Shown in pieces: positions 29,517-39,208 of a stretch of 59,131 nucleotides of DNA. The translations under genes were made by a program, and so were the position numbers. The notes beneath the pieces are model-generated. The model worked only from the letters and a program-made list of their open reading frames with translations, searched no databases and was not told the origin of the DNA. Source of the DNA: a virus (taxonomy: Duplodnaviria; Caudoviricetes); IMG/VR virus record IMGVR_UViG_3300022591_000009, positions 1-59,131 of that record; one strand, 5' to 3'. Numbering within the stretch: position 1 is the first letter of the stretch; every line of letters begins with the position of its first letter.

Positions 29517-31493
29517 ATGGGGCTTATTCTTACCAAAGAACAATTAGACGAGATGGTTGCGTACTATCTTACGCAAGACGCTTTTGCTTTTGACGTTGAA
29601 ACTATGGGCGAGCATCGTGGCGATACTCCAATTAACGATGTCGTATGGATTTCATTTGCTACTTATGGTCGCGTGGATGTTATTCCTATGGGCCATCCAA
29701 ACGGAGAGTTCTTACGCTTAGACCGACCACTAACAGGTCAAGGTCAAAAGCGTGTGGATGCAGGATTACCTGCTCGTGATTCCGATTACTCACGTAGTGA
29801 TAAAAAAGCTATTAAGGTATTTACTCCGCCTCCTGAGCAGCTATTCCCTGCTGAGGTGTTCAAGGCGTTAGAGCCGCTGATGTTCAGCGAAACTATTCTT
29901 ACTATCGGCCATAACCTAGCGTTCGACCTTACTTCCGTTGCCAAGTACTTCGGTGGTCGCGTACCTACTGGCCCTTACTTTGACACGATGATTGCATCAT
30001 TCCTTTACGACACCCGCAACAAGGGCAAGTGCGGTCTTGCAGATTGCTTAAAACGTGAGCTTGGCTACGAGATGGTCAAGGGTGTAGGTAAAGAGATTGA
30101 AGCCCACTCGTTCATGGATACTTACAAGTACGCGGCACTAGATGCCAAGTACACATTCTTGCTGTGGAAGGCTGTACTTCCTAAGCTGGCTCAGGCTGGC
30201 GTAGAGAAGGTTATGAACCTAGAGATGGACGTCCTCTGGGTACTTTGCCACATGAAGCTGACAGGGGCTCCGATTGACGTTGCTACCTTAACAACCTTGC
30301 AGGTTACCTTGGAAGCCGAGCTTGAGTTTAAGCGTGCATCCATTTACAAAGAAGCGGGTAAGCAGTTCAACCTTAATTCCATTCCTGAGCGACAGGAAGT
30401 TTTGTACAAACCTAAGGCTGAGGGAGGCCGTGGTCTAAAGACCAAGGTTCTAACGCCTAAGGGACAGGAGCGCAGTGATAATGGTCAGGAGTTGGTCTAC
30501 ACAGACTACTCAACTAATGCCGAGGCGCTAAATGAGAACAAGCTCAAAGACCCACTATGCAAACTGCTCGTGGAGTACTCAGACCTTAACAAGTTGCTTA
30601 CTACCTACGTAGTTCCCTACTTGGGCGGCGATGTGACTACAACTACGGGCGGAACATCCAAGACCGAGTATCGTGAGAGCTTGCTCATCAAGGGACGCAT
30701 CCACTGCGACTTTGTACAGAACGGTGCTGAGACGGGCCGTTTCTCCAGCCGTAACCCTAACCTTCAGAACGTACCTAACCCTGCCACGGCGCACGGTAAG
30801 GCTATCCGTAACCTATTTGTCCCACCTGTCGGTCAGAAGTTGGTCGTAGCAGACTACTCGCAGATTGAACCTCGCATCATTGCTGACTTTTCCCAAGACC
30901 CAATTATGGTGAAGTCGTACCTAGATAAAGAAGATATCTACATGACTGTTGCCAAGACCATGGGCGTAGACCGCGCCGCTGGTAAGACTTTGGTTCTATC
31001 TATGGCGTACGGCGTGGGCCCCGACAAGATTGCCCGCAGTATTGGCTGTACCAACACAGAGGCAAAGAAGTTACTCAACAACTTTGCTGAGGAGTTTTCT
31101 GCCGTTGGTCTATATAAGCTTAAGGTGATTGGTGTTGCCCGTAAGAACAAGTACGTGACTACAGCTACAGGTCGCCGTCGATACCTCCCTGATATCCAGT
31201 CAGGTGACCGCGAGCGCCGTTCTTCAGCGGAACGTCAGGCGTTTAATACCGTTATTCAAGGTACAGCCGCTGATGTGATGAAGATAGCCATGGTACGGGC
31301 TCACGACAGGATTCCAGAAGGTGCTAAGATTCTACTAACCGTACACGATGAACTTGTGACGTCTTGCCCAGAGCATTTAGCTGAACAGACCGCCGAAGCC
31401 ATCAGAGAAGCTATGGAAGGCGTAAAAATGCTAAAGACCATTCCATTAATTGCGGACGTAAAGATTGTTGACCGCTGGGGTGAGGCTAAATAA
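29517..31493 (+). CDS. polA: Family A DNA polymerase with 3'-5' exonuclease
   Basis: DVET, HNLAFD, YAALD, TGRFSSRNPNLQN, ADYSQIEPR, IQGTAAD, VHDE. Confidence 0.97.
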   Translation: MGLILTKEQLDEMVAYYLTQDAFAFDVETMGEHRGDTPINDVVWISFATYGRVDVIPMGHPNGEFLRLDRPLTGQGQKRVDAGLPARDSDYSRSDKKAIKVFTPPPEQLFPAEVFKALEPLMFSETILTIGHNLAFDLTSVAKYFGGRVPTGPYFDTMIASFLYDTRNKGKCGLADCLKRELGYEMVKGVGKEIEAHSFMDTYKYAALDAKYTFLLWKAVLPKLAQAGVEKVMNLEMDVLWVLCHMKLTGAPIDVATLTTLQVTLEAELEFKRASIYKEAGKQFNLNSIPERQEVLYKPKAEGGRGLKTKVLTPKGQERSDNGQELVYTDYSTNAEALNENKLKDPLCKLLVEYSDLNKLLTTYVVPYLGGDVTTTTGGTSKTEYRESLLIKGRIHCDFVQNGAETGRFSSRNPNLQNVPNPATAHGKAIRNLFVPPVGQKLVVADYSQIEPRIIADFSQDPIMVKSYLDKEDIYMTVAKTMGVDRAAGKTLVLSMAYGVGPDKIARSIGCTNTEAKKLLNNFAEEFSAVGLYKLKVIGVARKNKYVTTATGRRRYLPDIQSGDRERRSSAERQAFNTVIQGTAADVMKIAMVRAHDRIPEGAKILLTVHDELVTSCPEHLAEQTAEAIREAMEGVKMLKTIPLIADVKIVDRWGEAK

Positions 31494-31984
31494 TGAGTTG
31501 GAAGTTTTGGGGTCGGGACGAAGAGCCCGAAGTATTTATAGAGACTGTCAATATACCTATGACCACTATTGCTCGTTGGTATTTGTATGACATGGATGCC
31601 GAAGACCCAGAGAAAGTTGCTGCTGCCCTTAACTTAAACCCCATCAGTCCTGAGGGGGCAGAAAAAGAGGCGCAGGACAGCGTTGCTCGTATGACTAGAG
31701 TTCTGCCATTTGAAGAGTTTGTTGGCATTATGGCTGATGTAAACGCACAGGCTATTACGGCTATTCGCAATAAAGCGCTTCGCGGGTTAACCGCCTTGTC
31801 TGAAGACGACGAAGATTTAAGCGAAGACGAGCTAGAGATACTAAACGAGTTAGACGAAGCTACTTACGAGTTGTTTGCACAAGTCTCATATACTGCTATC
31901 CTAGCTACCTTATCAATAGGTTTTGAAACTGGACTATTCAGCCCAGGTACCGCATACGCACACGAGGTGATGAAAGATGAGTAA
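31493..31984 (+). CDS. Hypothetical protein
   Basis: TAATG-coupled to polA. Confidence 0.7.
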   Translation: MSWKFWGRDEEPEVFIETVNIPMTTIARWYLYDMDAEDPEKVAAALNLNPISPEGAEKEAQDSVARMTRVLPFEEFVGIMADVNAQAITAIRNKALRGLTALSEDDEDLSEDELEILNELDEATYELFAQVSYTAILATLSIGFETGLFSPGTAYAHEVMKDE

Positions 31985-32357
31985 CGCAAATTGGTGGGCT
32001 AAGCAACTGGGTACACAACCTGCTGCACGCCCCGCACAACCACAAGCTCCACAACAACAGCAAGCTTATCCGCCTACTACTCAACAACCTGCGTACATGC
32101 CGCCTGAGGTACAGCAACACACCCTTCCTGCAAGTGCAACAAGTGCATCACGTTGCCCTGGGTGCGGTAGCGGTAACTACGGCAGTGACGGTCAGACAAA
32201 GCCAAGATGCTATGATTGTGGGTATCCCATTCAACAGTCTGGTAGCGGCGTAGGTAAGGGCATTACTGGTGGTCCACAAGCATCAGGCCCCGCTACACCC
32301 GCTATTCAAGTACAGGCTGGCGGATGGAATCCAACAACTATCATCGGACACCTATAA
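31977..32357 (+). CDS. Pro/Gln-rich zinc-ribbon protein
   Basis: CPGCGS...CYDCG. Confidence 0.7.
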   Translation: MSNANWWAKQLGTQPAARPAQPQAPQQQQAYPPTTQQPAYMPPEVQQHTLPASATSASRCPGCGSGNYGSDGQTKPRCYDCGYPIQQSGSGVGKGITGGPQASGPATPAIQVQAGGWNPTTIIGHL

Positions 32358-33421
32358 TGAAAACATCACCCGCCTTAGAAAAAGTACTAACAAAATATAA
32401 GAAGAAGCTTGGCGACGACATCATTGTCAAGGCTTCAGAGATTCGTGACGACTTCTCAGCTCGCATCACTAGCGGCTCCTTATCCTTGGATGTAATCCTT
32501 GGTGGAGGTTGGCCCGCTAACCAGTGGCATGAGATTGTCGGAGAAGAGAGCAACGGCAAGACCGCTATTGCACTCAAGACTATTGCTGCTAATCAAGCAA
32601 AGGACCCAGACTTTACAGCTGTGTGGGTAGCCGCCGAGCAGTGGGTACCTTCATACGCCATCATGTGCGGCGTAGATGTAACCCGACTACACGTTATTGC
32701 AACTAACATCCTAGAAGATGCGCTGGATGCGGTTTTAGAAATTACTGCTACCAAGGAAGTTGACTGCGTAGTTATTGACTCGCTCCCAGCCCTTGCCCCT
32801 GAGATTGAGGGCGAGAAGGAGATGAACGAGGCAACCGTAGGTCGTATTGCCTTGGCTATGAATAAGTTTTGGCGCAAGATGGGTACCGCTGGCTCACGTA
32901 GCATGCTTCACCCTGACCGCCCATTTGTAGGCATCATGATTAACCAGTGGCGCTCAAAGATTGGCGTCATGTATGGCGACCCACGCACTACCCCAGGCGG
33001 CCTAGGTAAGAACTATGCCTACTTCGTACGCCTTGAGATTAAGCGTGATGAGTGGATTGAAGAAGGCACGGGTCAGGAAAAGCACCGTGTCGGGCAGACC
33101 ATCAAGCTTCGTACAGTAAAGAACAAGACCGCAGCCCCATCACAGACAGCTTTTGTCGACTTTTACTTTGCCGATTGCGAGAACTTTTTTGCTGGCGAGT
33201 ACGACTCAGCTAAAGAGATTGTGGCGTTGGGCATCATCAATAAGGTCATCACTCGTGGTGGCGCTTACTACAGCTATGGCGACCGCAAGTGGTTAGGCGG
33301 CGATGCTATACTTAAGTCATTGAGGGAAGAAATTGACCTCAAAGAAGCACTGGAGAAAGACGTTCTACGCAGCGTCTTGGAGAGCTCTAAGTACGTCGCT
33401 GAGGCCTCAGTTGAGGACTAA
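32357..33421 (+). CDS. recA: RecA/UvsX-like recombinase
   Basis: SGSLSLDVILGGG, GEESNGKT, VIDS, INQWR...TTPGG, VKNK. Confidence 0.95.
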   Translation: MKTSPALEKVLTKYKKKLGDDIIVKASEIRDDFSARITSGSLSLDVILGGGWPANQWHEIVGEESNGKTAIALKTIAANQAKDPDFTAVWVAAEQWVPSYAIMCGVDVTRLHVIATNILEDALDAVLEITATKEVDCVVIDSLPALAPEIEGEKEMNEATVGRIALAMNKFWRKMGTAGSRSMLHPDRPFVGIMINQWRSKIGVMYGDPRTTPGGLGKNYAYFVRLEIKRDEWIEEGTGQEKHRVGQTIKLRTVKNKTAAPSQTAFVDFYFADCENFFAGEYDSAKEIVALGIINKVITRGGAYYSYGDRKWLGGDAILKSLREEIDLKEALEKDVLRSVLESSKYVAEASVED

Positions 33422-33752
33422 GGGACAAAAGGAGTCTAGGAAACACGAGGACCGACTCGCAAAGAAGATTGACGGAAAGCGCAACGCTGGGAGCGGAGCT
33501 TTTTGGAGTCGGAAGGGTGACGTCCGTTCAGACGACCTGCTTATTGAGCATAAGTGGACGGGCAAATCCCAATTCACCGTCAAATCGGTGGAGTTGGAGA
33601 AGATTGTCAATGAAGCAATTCTAGACAGTCGGACACCTGTACTTGGTTTCCATCTTAACGGCAACAACTATGTAATGTTGACCGAAGACGATTACCTTGA
33701 GCTCCGCCACTACGTCCAGGAGCATAACCTTTGTACAAAGGAGACCCTATAG
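33411..33752 (+). CDS. PD-(D/E)xK nuclease (Hjc-like resolvase)
   Basis: SGA...KGDV...LIEHK. Confidence 0.75.
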   Translation: MRTKGQKESRKHEDRLAKKIDGKRNAGSGAFWSRKGDVRSDDLLIEHKWTGKSQFTVKSVELEKIVNEAILDSRTPVLGFHLNGNNYVMLTEDDYLELRHYVQEHNLCTKETL

Positions 33753-34039
33753 ATAGATGGGAAAATCATGCCAAATGTATCGGCATGGACACAGAGATGT
33801 GGTTCCCACCTAGAGATAAAACAAAGTACAAGCCAATTGCAGATAAGGCCAAGGCTATATGTTTTGGCAAGGACGGTAAGCCCGAGTGCCCAGTGCGTAA
33901 GGAATGCCTACTATCAGCAATAGAGATTGATGAGCAGCACGGTATATTCGGCGGCATGAGTCACCGAGAGCGTAATGCACTTCAGCGCAAGGCAGAGAAG
34001 CACAATATGACCGTAGAAGCGTGGATTAATAAGAAGTAA
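33731..34039 (+). CDS. whiB: WhiB-family transcription factor
   Basis: AKC...WFP...AKAIC...CPVRKECL...GIFGGMSHRER. Confidence 0.93.
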   Translation: MYKGDPIDRWENHAKCIGMDTEMWFPPRDKTKYKPIADKAKAICFGKDGKPECPVRKECLLSAIEIDEQHGIFGGMSHRERNALQRKAEKHNMTVEAWINKK

Positions 34040-34048
34040 GGGGACACC

Positions 34049-34906
34049 ATGGCTCAAAAGCCAACAGGAGCACTAAAGCAGTTCTTAGATGTAGGTAAGA
34101 AAGATACTCGCGTATTAGGTCGCCTAGAGCGCCACTTCCTTGCCACACCTCGTAAGAACGACCGTCGTACCGACGTGCTCCATCCGTCTGAGATGGCAAA
34201 AGAGTCATGGTGCCACCGAGCTTCGTACTTTCAACTGCTAGGCGAGCCACCTGCCAAAGCAAAGCGCAAGATGACTATGCAGACCGATAACATATTTGAA
34301 GAAGGTCATGCTATCCACCACAAGTGGCAAAACAGATTTAAGGACATGGGTTCGTTGTACGGACTATGGGAATGCCAGCAGTGCGATGAGTCGTTCTGGG
34401 GATTTCCTACAGACCATAACGATAGCCCTGACATGCTGGTTTACAAGGAAGTGCCATTGGTATACGAGCAAATGCGTATCCATGGCCACGCCGATGGCTG
34501 GCTTGTAGGGTTTGACGACCCACTGCTACTAGAAATTAAATCAGTAGGAGAGGGCACCATTCGATGGGAAGACCCATCTATGCTGTACACCCATGACGGA
34601 GATTTTAAGAAGGTCTGGGCTGCCTTGGAATCACCATTCCAAAGCCACATCATGCAGGCACAGATTTACATGAAGTTGATTGAGCTAATCGGCTTTGACC
34701 AACCTGCCCCGCAGGAGGCGGTATTTATTTACGAATCCAAGCCTACGCAAGAATACAAAGAGTTTATTGTACCTAAGAGCGATTTTGGTATTACCCACAT
34801 ATTTGACGCAGCACAGATGATTGTCACAGCGGTTGACAACCTTACCCCACCTGCGTGTAATGTTAAGGGTCCAGAGTTATGCGCTAGTTGCAAGGAGTAC
34901 AAGTGA
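34049..34906 (+). CDS. Cas4/RecB-like exonuclease
   Basis: HPSE...C, GHADG, LEIKS, QAQIYM, C-terminal Cys cluster. Confidence 0.85.
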   Translation: MAQKPTGALKQFLDVGKKDTRVLGRLERHFLATPRKNDRRTDVLHPSEMAKESWCHRASYFQLLGEPPAKAKRKMTMQTDNIFEEGHAIHHKWQNRFKDMGSLYGLWECQQCDESFWGFPTDHNDSPDMLVYKEVPLVYEQMRIHGHADGWLVGFDDPLLLEIKSVGEGTIRWEDPSMLYTHDGDFKKVWAALESPFQSHIMQAQIYMKLIELIGFDQPAPQEAVFIYESKPTQEYKEFIVPKSDFGITHIFDAAQMIVTAVDNLTPPACNVKGPELCASCKEYK

Positions 34907-35379
34907 TTACATTAAACACAGGTGAGGCCAGCTCTAACGCGGTTTCCGAGTTGATTAAGCAGGGCTACGGCCCCGTCACCAAGTATGACGACACTATCCC
35001 TAGTATTCCTGACGACTTGACCGACATTGACGACCAAGAGCTGATGAAACTATTTCAGCATTTCGTTGAGTACAACAACTTCCTATTGCTACAGATTGCT
35101 TGCGCCCGCGCCGATGAAGAGGCCGCTGTAAAGGCTTACGAGCGATTTGAGGCCGAGTTATTGTTGCAGGCGGTAAAGGGTGAGACGGTGTCTCGTACCA
35201 AGGCTAAGGTCACTTCTAGCCCTGATGGTCAGGCATTGGACGACGCTGCTGCCGTATGCCGCAACTACCATTCCCTACTTAAGAGCTTGCAAGATGGGGT
35301 TAACGAGAGCACCAAGGTAATCAGCCGAGAACTGTCACGACGTACTGCGAACCCAGGATTTACGAGCCGTAAGTTCTAA
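34903..35379 (+). CDS. Hypothetical helical protein (possible UvsY-like mediator)
   Basis: Ends in ISRELSRR; lies between the exonuclease and RuvC. Confidence 0.45.
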   Translation: MITLNTGEASSNAVSELIKQGYGPVTKYDDTIPSIPDDLTDIDDQELMKLFQHFVEYNNFLLLQIACARADEEAAVKAYERFEAELLLQAVKGETVSRTKAKVTSSPDGQALDDAAAVCRNYHSLLKSLQDGVNESTKVISRELSRRTANPGFTSRKF

Positions 35380-35915
35380 TGCCCATTAAAGTATTTGATG
35401 GTGGTTTGCGCGGTAACACGGTACACGTAGGAATAGACCAGTCCTACAGTGGCTTCGCCATAACCATGCTCAACCAGTCTGGGCACTACACCACCGTCTA
35501 TAAGCCTGACTCCAGAGGCATACAGCGTTTAGCAGACCTGCGTACACATTTAATATCCAGTTTGATTGACTACAACATCCTAGACATAGCCATTGAGGGC
35601 TACGCCTTTGGTTCCCAGATGGCTAACATGCTGGGAGAGCTGGGCGGAATGGTTAAGTTAACCTTGCATGATTGGGGCATGTATCCCTTGATAGTTCCAC
35701 CCACCAGCCTCAAGAAGTACGTGGCAGGTAAGGGCAACGGCGTAAGTAAAAGCCAGATGCTACTGCAGGTATACAAGAACTGGAACGTAGAGTTCACCGA
35801 TGACAACGCCGCAGACTCGTATTCATTGGCTCGTGTCGTGTCCGCGTCGCATACATTTGCTTACCAAAAAGAGGTGTACGATAAGCTCCAAGACCCAAAG
35901 TTCAGGGAGCGGTAA
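35379..35915 (+). CDS. ruvC: RuvC-like Holliday junction resolvase
   Basis: GIDQS, IEGYAFG, LKKYVAGKGN, DDNAADS. Confidence 0.88.
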   Translation: MPIKVFDGGLRGNTVHVGIDQSYSGFAITMLNQSGHYTTVYKPDSRGIQRLADLRTHLISSLIDYNILDIAIEGYAFGSQMANMLGELGGMVKLTLHDWGMYPLIVPPTSLKKYVAGKGNGVSKSQMLLQVYKNWNVEFTDDNAADSYSLARVVSASHTFAYQKEVYDKLQDPKFRER

Positions 35916-36106
35916 TGGACGAGCTATACCTGCCTAAGCCAAAGGATATTAACTTTGGCGAGCTTAGGCGGAAGGAGCAGACCAAGTACTACCAAGAACG
36001 GGTTAGAGAAGTAATCAGTGCCATCCTAGAATCTGATGACTTGCCTGAGAAATTCCGCCGTGCCTTGGAAATAATTGACGACTACACCTTCTACCTAGGA
36101 GACTAA
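35915..36106 (+). CDS. Hypothetical protein
   Basis: Coupled ORF. Confidence 0.6.
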   Translation: MDELYLPKPKDINFGELRRKEQTKYYQERVREVISAILESDDLPEKFRRALEIIDDYTFYLGD

Positions 36107-36247
36107 ATGACAGACGAAGACTTCAACCCAGAGGACTTAGACGAAGACCTGATTGACTGGGAAGATGATTGGGAAGACCTTGAGCCTTTTGATGAGGACG
36201 ACTTTGACGATTTAGATGACGAAGAAGAAGACGAAGATGACGAATAG
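36107..36247 (+). CDS. Extremely acidic 46-aa protein
   Basis: MTDEDFNPEDLDEDLIDWEDDWEDLEPFDEDDFDDLDDEEEDEDDE; AGGAG SD; not in the ORF track. Confidence 0.65.
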   Translation: MTDEDFNPEDLDEDLIDWEDDWEDLEPFDEDDFDDLDDEEEDEDDE

Positions 36248-36413
36248 CAATGAGATAGAGTTTGAAATCTGGTTGCAAAACGGCATAGACCGTGGTTGGA
36301 TATCAGAGCCATTTTGCTGTACTCATGACGGAGGTCCCCTTAGCGATGAGGAGTCCGCAGAGTTTGATGAGTTTGGCGAAGCCTGCATTGGTCACGTTAA
36401 GTTGCTACTGTGA
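36237..36413 (+). CDS. Hypothetical protein
   Basis: GIDRGWISEPFCCTHDG. Confidence 0.65.
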   Translation: MTNSNEIEFEIWLQNGIDRGWISEPFCCTHDGGPLSDEESAEFDEFGEACIGHVKLLL

Positions 36414-36619
36414 GAGCAATACGTGAACTAAAGCCCGACTACACTGGCAACATGGACCACGCAGATGAGGTGCGACATGAATGCCAGTGTGGGTCGTTTG
36501 TCTGGAACTTAAAGGTCAGTTTCGATGACTATGAGATATCCAGTTATTTTATAGACATGGAGTGTGCCGTTTGCGGTAGTTTTGCCAAAGCCCCTACCCC
36601 TTTAGATAGGCTTGTTTAA
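36410..36619 (+). CDS. Zinc-ribbon protein
   Basis: CQCGS...CAVCGS. Confidence 0.65.
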   Translation: MRAIRELKPDYTGNMDHADEVRHECQCGSFVWNLKVSFDDYEISSYFIDMECAVCGSFAKAPTPLDRLV

Positions 36620-36688
36620 GCTGACATATAACCAGCCTGTTGTAATACTTATTAGACCGTAGCACTACTCGTCTAATAAGAGGTAACC

Positions 36689-36976
36689 ATGACTGAAGCA
36701 ACACCTGTATCAGAAGACAACTTCCTCCGCGTTTCTGCGGGAAGTAACCCCCAAGCCGTAGCGTCAGCTATCGCCCACAGCATTTATGAAACCCGCAGTG
36801 CCAAGCTTCGTGCTGTAGGCGCTGGAGCAGTAAACCAAGCCGTTAAAGCTATTGCCATCGCCAGCGGATACACCGCTCCACGAGGTATTAGCCTTGTTTG
36901 CATCCCAGGATTTGCCAGTATTGAGAGCCATGACGGCACTATCTCAGCTATCGTCCTGACTGTAGAGGCGCGTTAA
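36689..36976 (+). CDS. spoVS: SpoVS-family (Alba-like) protein
   Basis: LRVSAGSNPQAVASAIA...AVGAGAVNQAVKAIAIA...CIPGF...ISAI. Confidence 0.88.
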   Translation: MTEATPVSEDNFLRVSAGSNPQAVASAIAHSIYETRSAKLRAVGAGAVNQAVKAIAIASGYTAPRGISLVCIPGFASIESHDGTISAIVLTVEAR

Positions 36977-37036
36977 GCCATTATTTATAGGGATATTGCC
37001 CTATCGTTGTTTAACCCCCCTTTGCAAAGGACAATT

Positions 37037-37351
37037 ATGAAGACAAACTCACTCAAGAACCCAGCGCCAATCGCGTCTGAGCATAAGCCAGACTTCGCTA
37101 ACGCGTCTGCGCCAGCCCCTGAAATGGGCAAGCTCATGAAGAAGAAGGGTGTACAGGCTGCCGACCCTTCAATTAAGGACGCTGCAGTCCGTGGACACGG
37201 CAAGGCAACTTCAGGCGCTCGCTATGGAATTACTGTAAAGATGCCTGGTGGCGTAGCCCCAGAAGCAGGTTTGACACAGTCAAACGGCCGCATCATCCCA
37301 TCAGCAGTAAACCGCTCACGTGCCAACTTCTCGTCAGGCATGGCTGAATAA
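37037..37351 (+). CDS. Hypothetical protein
   Basis: AAGGA SD before ATG 37037; followed by a terminator. Confidence 0.65.
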   Translation: MKTNSLKNPAPIASEHKPDFANASAPAPEMGKLMKKKGVQAADPSIKDAAVRGHGKATSGARYGITVKMPGGVAPEAGLTQSNGRIIPSAVNRSRANFSSGMAE

Positions 37352-37366
37352 CACTAAGTAGTACAG

Positions 37367-37395
37367 AAGCCCCTCAGGTAACTGGGGGGCTTTTT
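37367..37395 (+). terminator. Intrinsic terminator
   Basis: AAGCCCCTCAG-GTAA-CTGGGGGGCTTTTT. Confidence 0.85.
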
Positions 37396-37511
37396 GCTTT
37401 CCATAGAAGTACACCGATGTACACAGATTAAAACACGTTCGCAAATGTTACAAATGTCATAAAGATGTGTTAGGCTATGTATGTACCTGTTCATTACTAG
37501 AAGGAAACTAC

Positions 37512-37769
37512 ATGGACGCAAAAGTAAAAGCGGAGTTTGAAAGCCTCATTGGCTCAGGACGTCAGTGCCAGACAGCACGTTGGTTAGACAGCCTGCCAAA
37601 AGACGAAAGGTCGTTTTTTGAGGAGCATATGTTTACGGACAACGTACGACGCAAGGCACTATTTGAAAAGATACAGAAAGTATACAAAGTAACCTTCAGC
37701 ATCAGCTCCCTGCGCCTTCACCTGTTGAAGGAATGCGGTTGCTACAAAACATTGGAAAAGAGCGAATGA
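37512..37769 (+). CDS. Hypothetical protein (C...HxxxxCxC)
   Basis: GAAGGA SD; upstream TGtTAGGCT extended -10. Confidence 0.65.
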   Translation: MDAKVKAEFESLIGSGRQCQTARWLDSLPKDERSFFEEHMFTDNVRRKALFEKIQKVYKVTFSISSLRLHLLKECGCYKTLEKSE

Positions 37770-38773
37770 CATTATCTGCCGATATCCGCGAGGAGTTCAT
37801 GCGTCTACTGACGACTGACGCCGAGCGACCCATTGACTTCCGACAGGTAGTACCAACTACCATGAAGGCGTCATTAAAGGAAAACAAGAAAAAGACTACT
37901 GACATGAAGGTAGCCTTACTTGTTCCCGATACCCAGTTCGGATTCCGAATTGATGAGAACGGCGTCGCTGACCCGTTTCACGACGAGCGGGCATTAGACG
38001 TGTACCGCCAAGTCATGACGTACGTTCAAGAGACCTACGGTATTGATAAGGTCGTTAACCTCGGAGATACGATTGACATGCCGTCAGTCAGCAAGCACCT
38101 CCAAGAGAGCGCGTTTCAGAACGCGTTTCAAGCATCCCTGCAGACAGGATATATATTTCTTGCAGAGCAGCGTGCACTTGCCCCAAATGCCGAAATAGTA
38201 TTTCTAGAGGGCAACCATGATTGCCGTCTATATAAGTATTTGCTTAACAACGCTCCACAAGCCGCAATGTTAAAGCGGGCTGGGGATATTGACCGTTGGC
38301 CAGTAAATAGCCTCCCACACCTATTGCGTATGGACGAGCTAGATGTTATCTATGCCAGTGGCTATCCAGCAGGCGAGTACCGCATCGTGGGCGACCTTAT
38401 TGCCAAGCATGGTGATATCGCTAAGTCCAATGGTTCAACCGCTAGCCAACACCTAAATAAGAACCATACTATTAGTACCGTCTTTGGACATACACACCGT
38501 ATGGAGATTGCCTATCACACCAGTCATCATCCAGATGAACCCAAGCGCAGTGTTGCCTTTAGTCCAGGCTGCTTGTGCCGTGTAGATGGAGCTGTACCTA
38601 GCGTCAAGGGTGGAGTTACCCCAAACGAAAAGGCAGTCCAATACTGGGAAAACTGGCAGCAGGGATTGGGCGTTTGCTTTTACACAGAAGACGGTAGATT
38701 CGATATCAAACCTATCCATATCCTAGATGGTTGGGCCTTCTTTGAGGGAATTGAGTTTAGAGCTTCAAAGTAA
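37766..38773 (+). CDS. Calcineurin-like metallophosphoesterase
   Basis: PDTQ, LGDTID, EGNHD, HG, GHTHR. Confidence 0.9.
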   Translation: MTLSADIREEFMRLLTTDAERPIDFRQVVPTTMKASLKENKKKTTDMKVALLVPDTQFGFRIDENGVADPFHDERALDVYRQVMTYVQETYGIDKVVNLGDTIDMPSVSKHLQESAFQNAFQASLQTGYIFLAEQRALAPNAEIVFLEGNHDCRLYKYLLNNAPQAAMLKRAGDIDRWPVNSLPHLLRMDELDVIYASGYPAGEYRIVGDLIAKHGDIAKSNGSTASQHLNKNHTISTVFGHTHRMEIAYHTSHHPDEPKRSVAFSPGCLCRVDGAVPSVKGGVTPNEKAVQYWENWQQGLGVCFYTEDGRFDIKPIHILDGWAFFEGIEFRASK

Positions 38774-38797
38774 GCTAGTTAAGAGTATCCTGTACTA

Positions 38798-39208
38798 ATG
38801 CAGGATATTCAAACCAAAGAGTGCAAGTCATGTAATCAGCTGTTGCCCGTCGAGAAGTTTAAGTTTAGAAGCCAAGGCGGGCGACAAGCTGGTCAGCGTA
38901 ACAGTATGTGTAACAGGTGCCTGTATGTTAGGTACACGCGGCCCAACGTAGAAAGAAAGATGGCCGCAATACACGCGTATCAAGTAGAGCACGGCTGCGC
39001 CGATTGCGGCTTCAATAAACATCCCGCAGCGCTTGAGTTCGACCATTTGCCAGGTACTAAAAAGCTTTTTAATATAGGCGAAGAAATCGGCAATAGAAGC
39101 GTAGAATCGTTATGGTCAGAGATAGCCAAGTGCGAAGTTGTTTGCGCCAATTGTCACGCTATCAGAACAGCTGAGCGAAGAGAGCGGGTTACGATAATAA
39201 ATGCCTAG
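38798..39208 (+). CDS. HNH endonuclease
   Basis: CADCG...LEFDH...CEVVCANCH; own leaderless promoter (TATCCT-6 nt-ATG). Confidence 0.88.
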   Translation: MQDIQTKECKSCNQLLPVEKFKFRSQGGRQAGQRNSMCNRCLYVRYTRPNVERKMAAIHAYQVEHGCADCGFNKHPAALEFDHLPGTKKLFNIGEEIGNRSVESLWSEIAKCEVVCANCHAIRTAERRERVTIINA

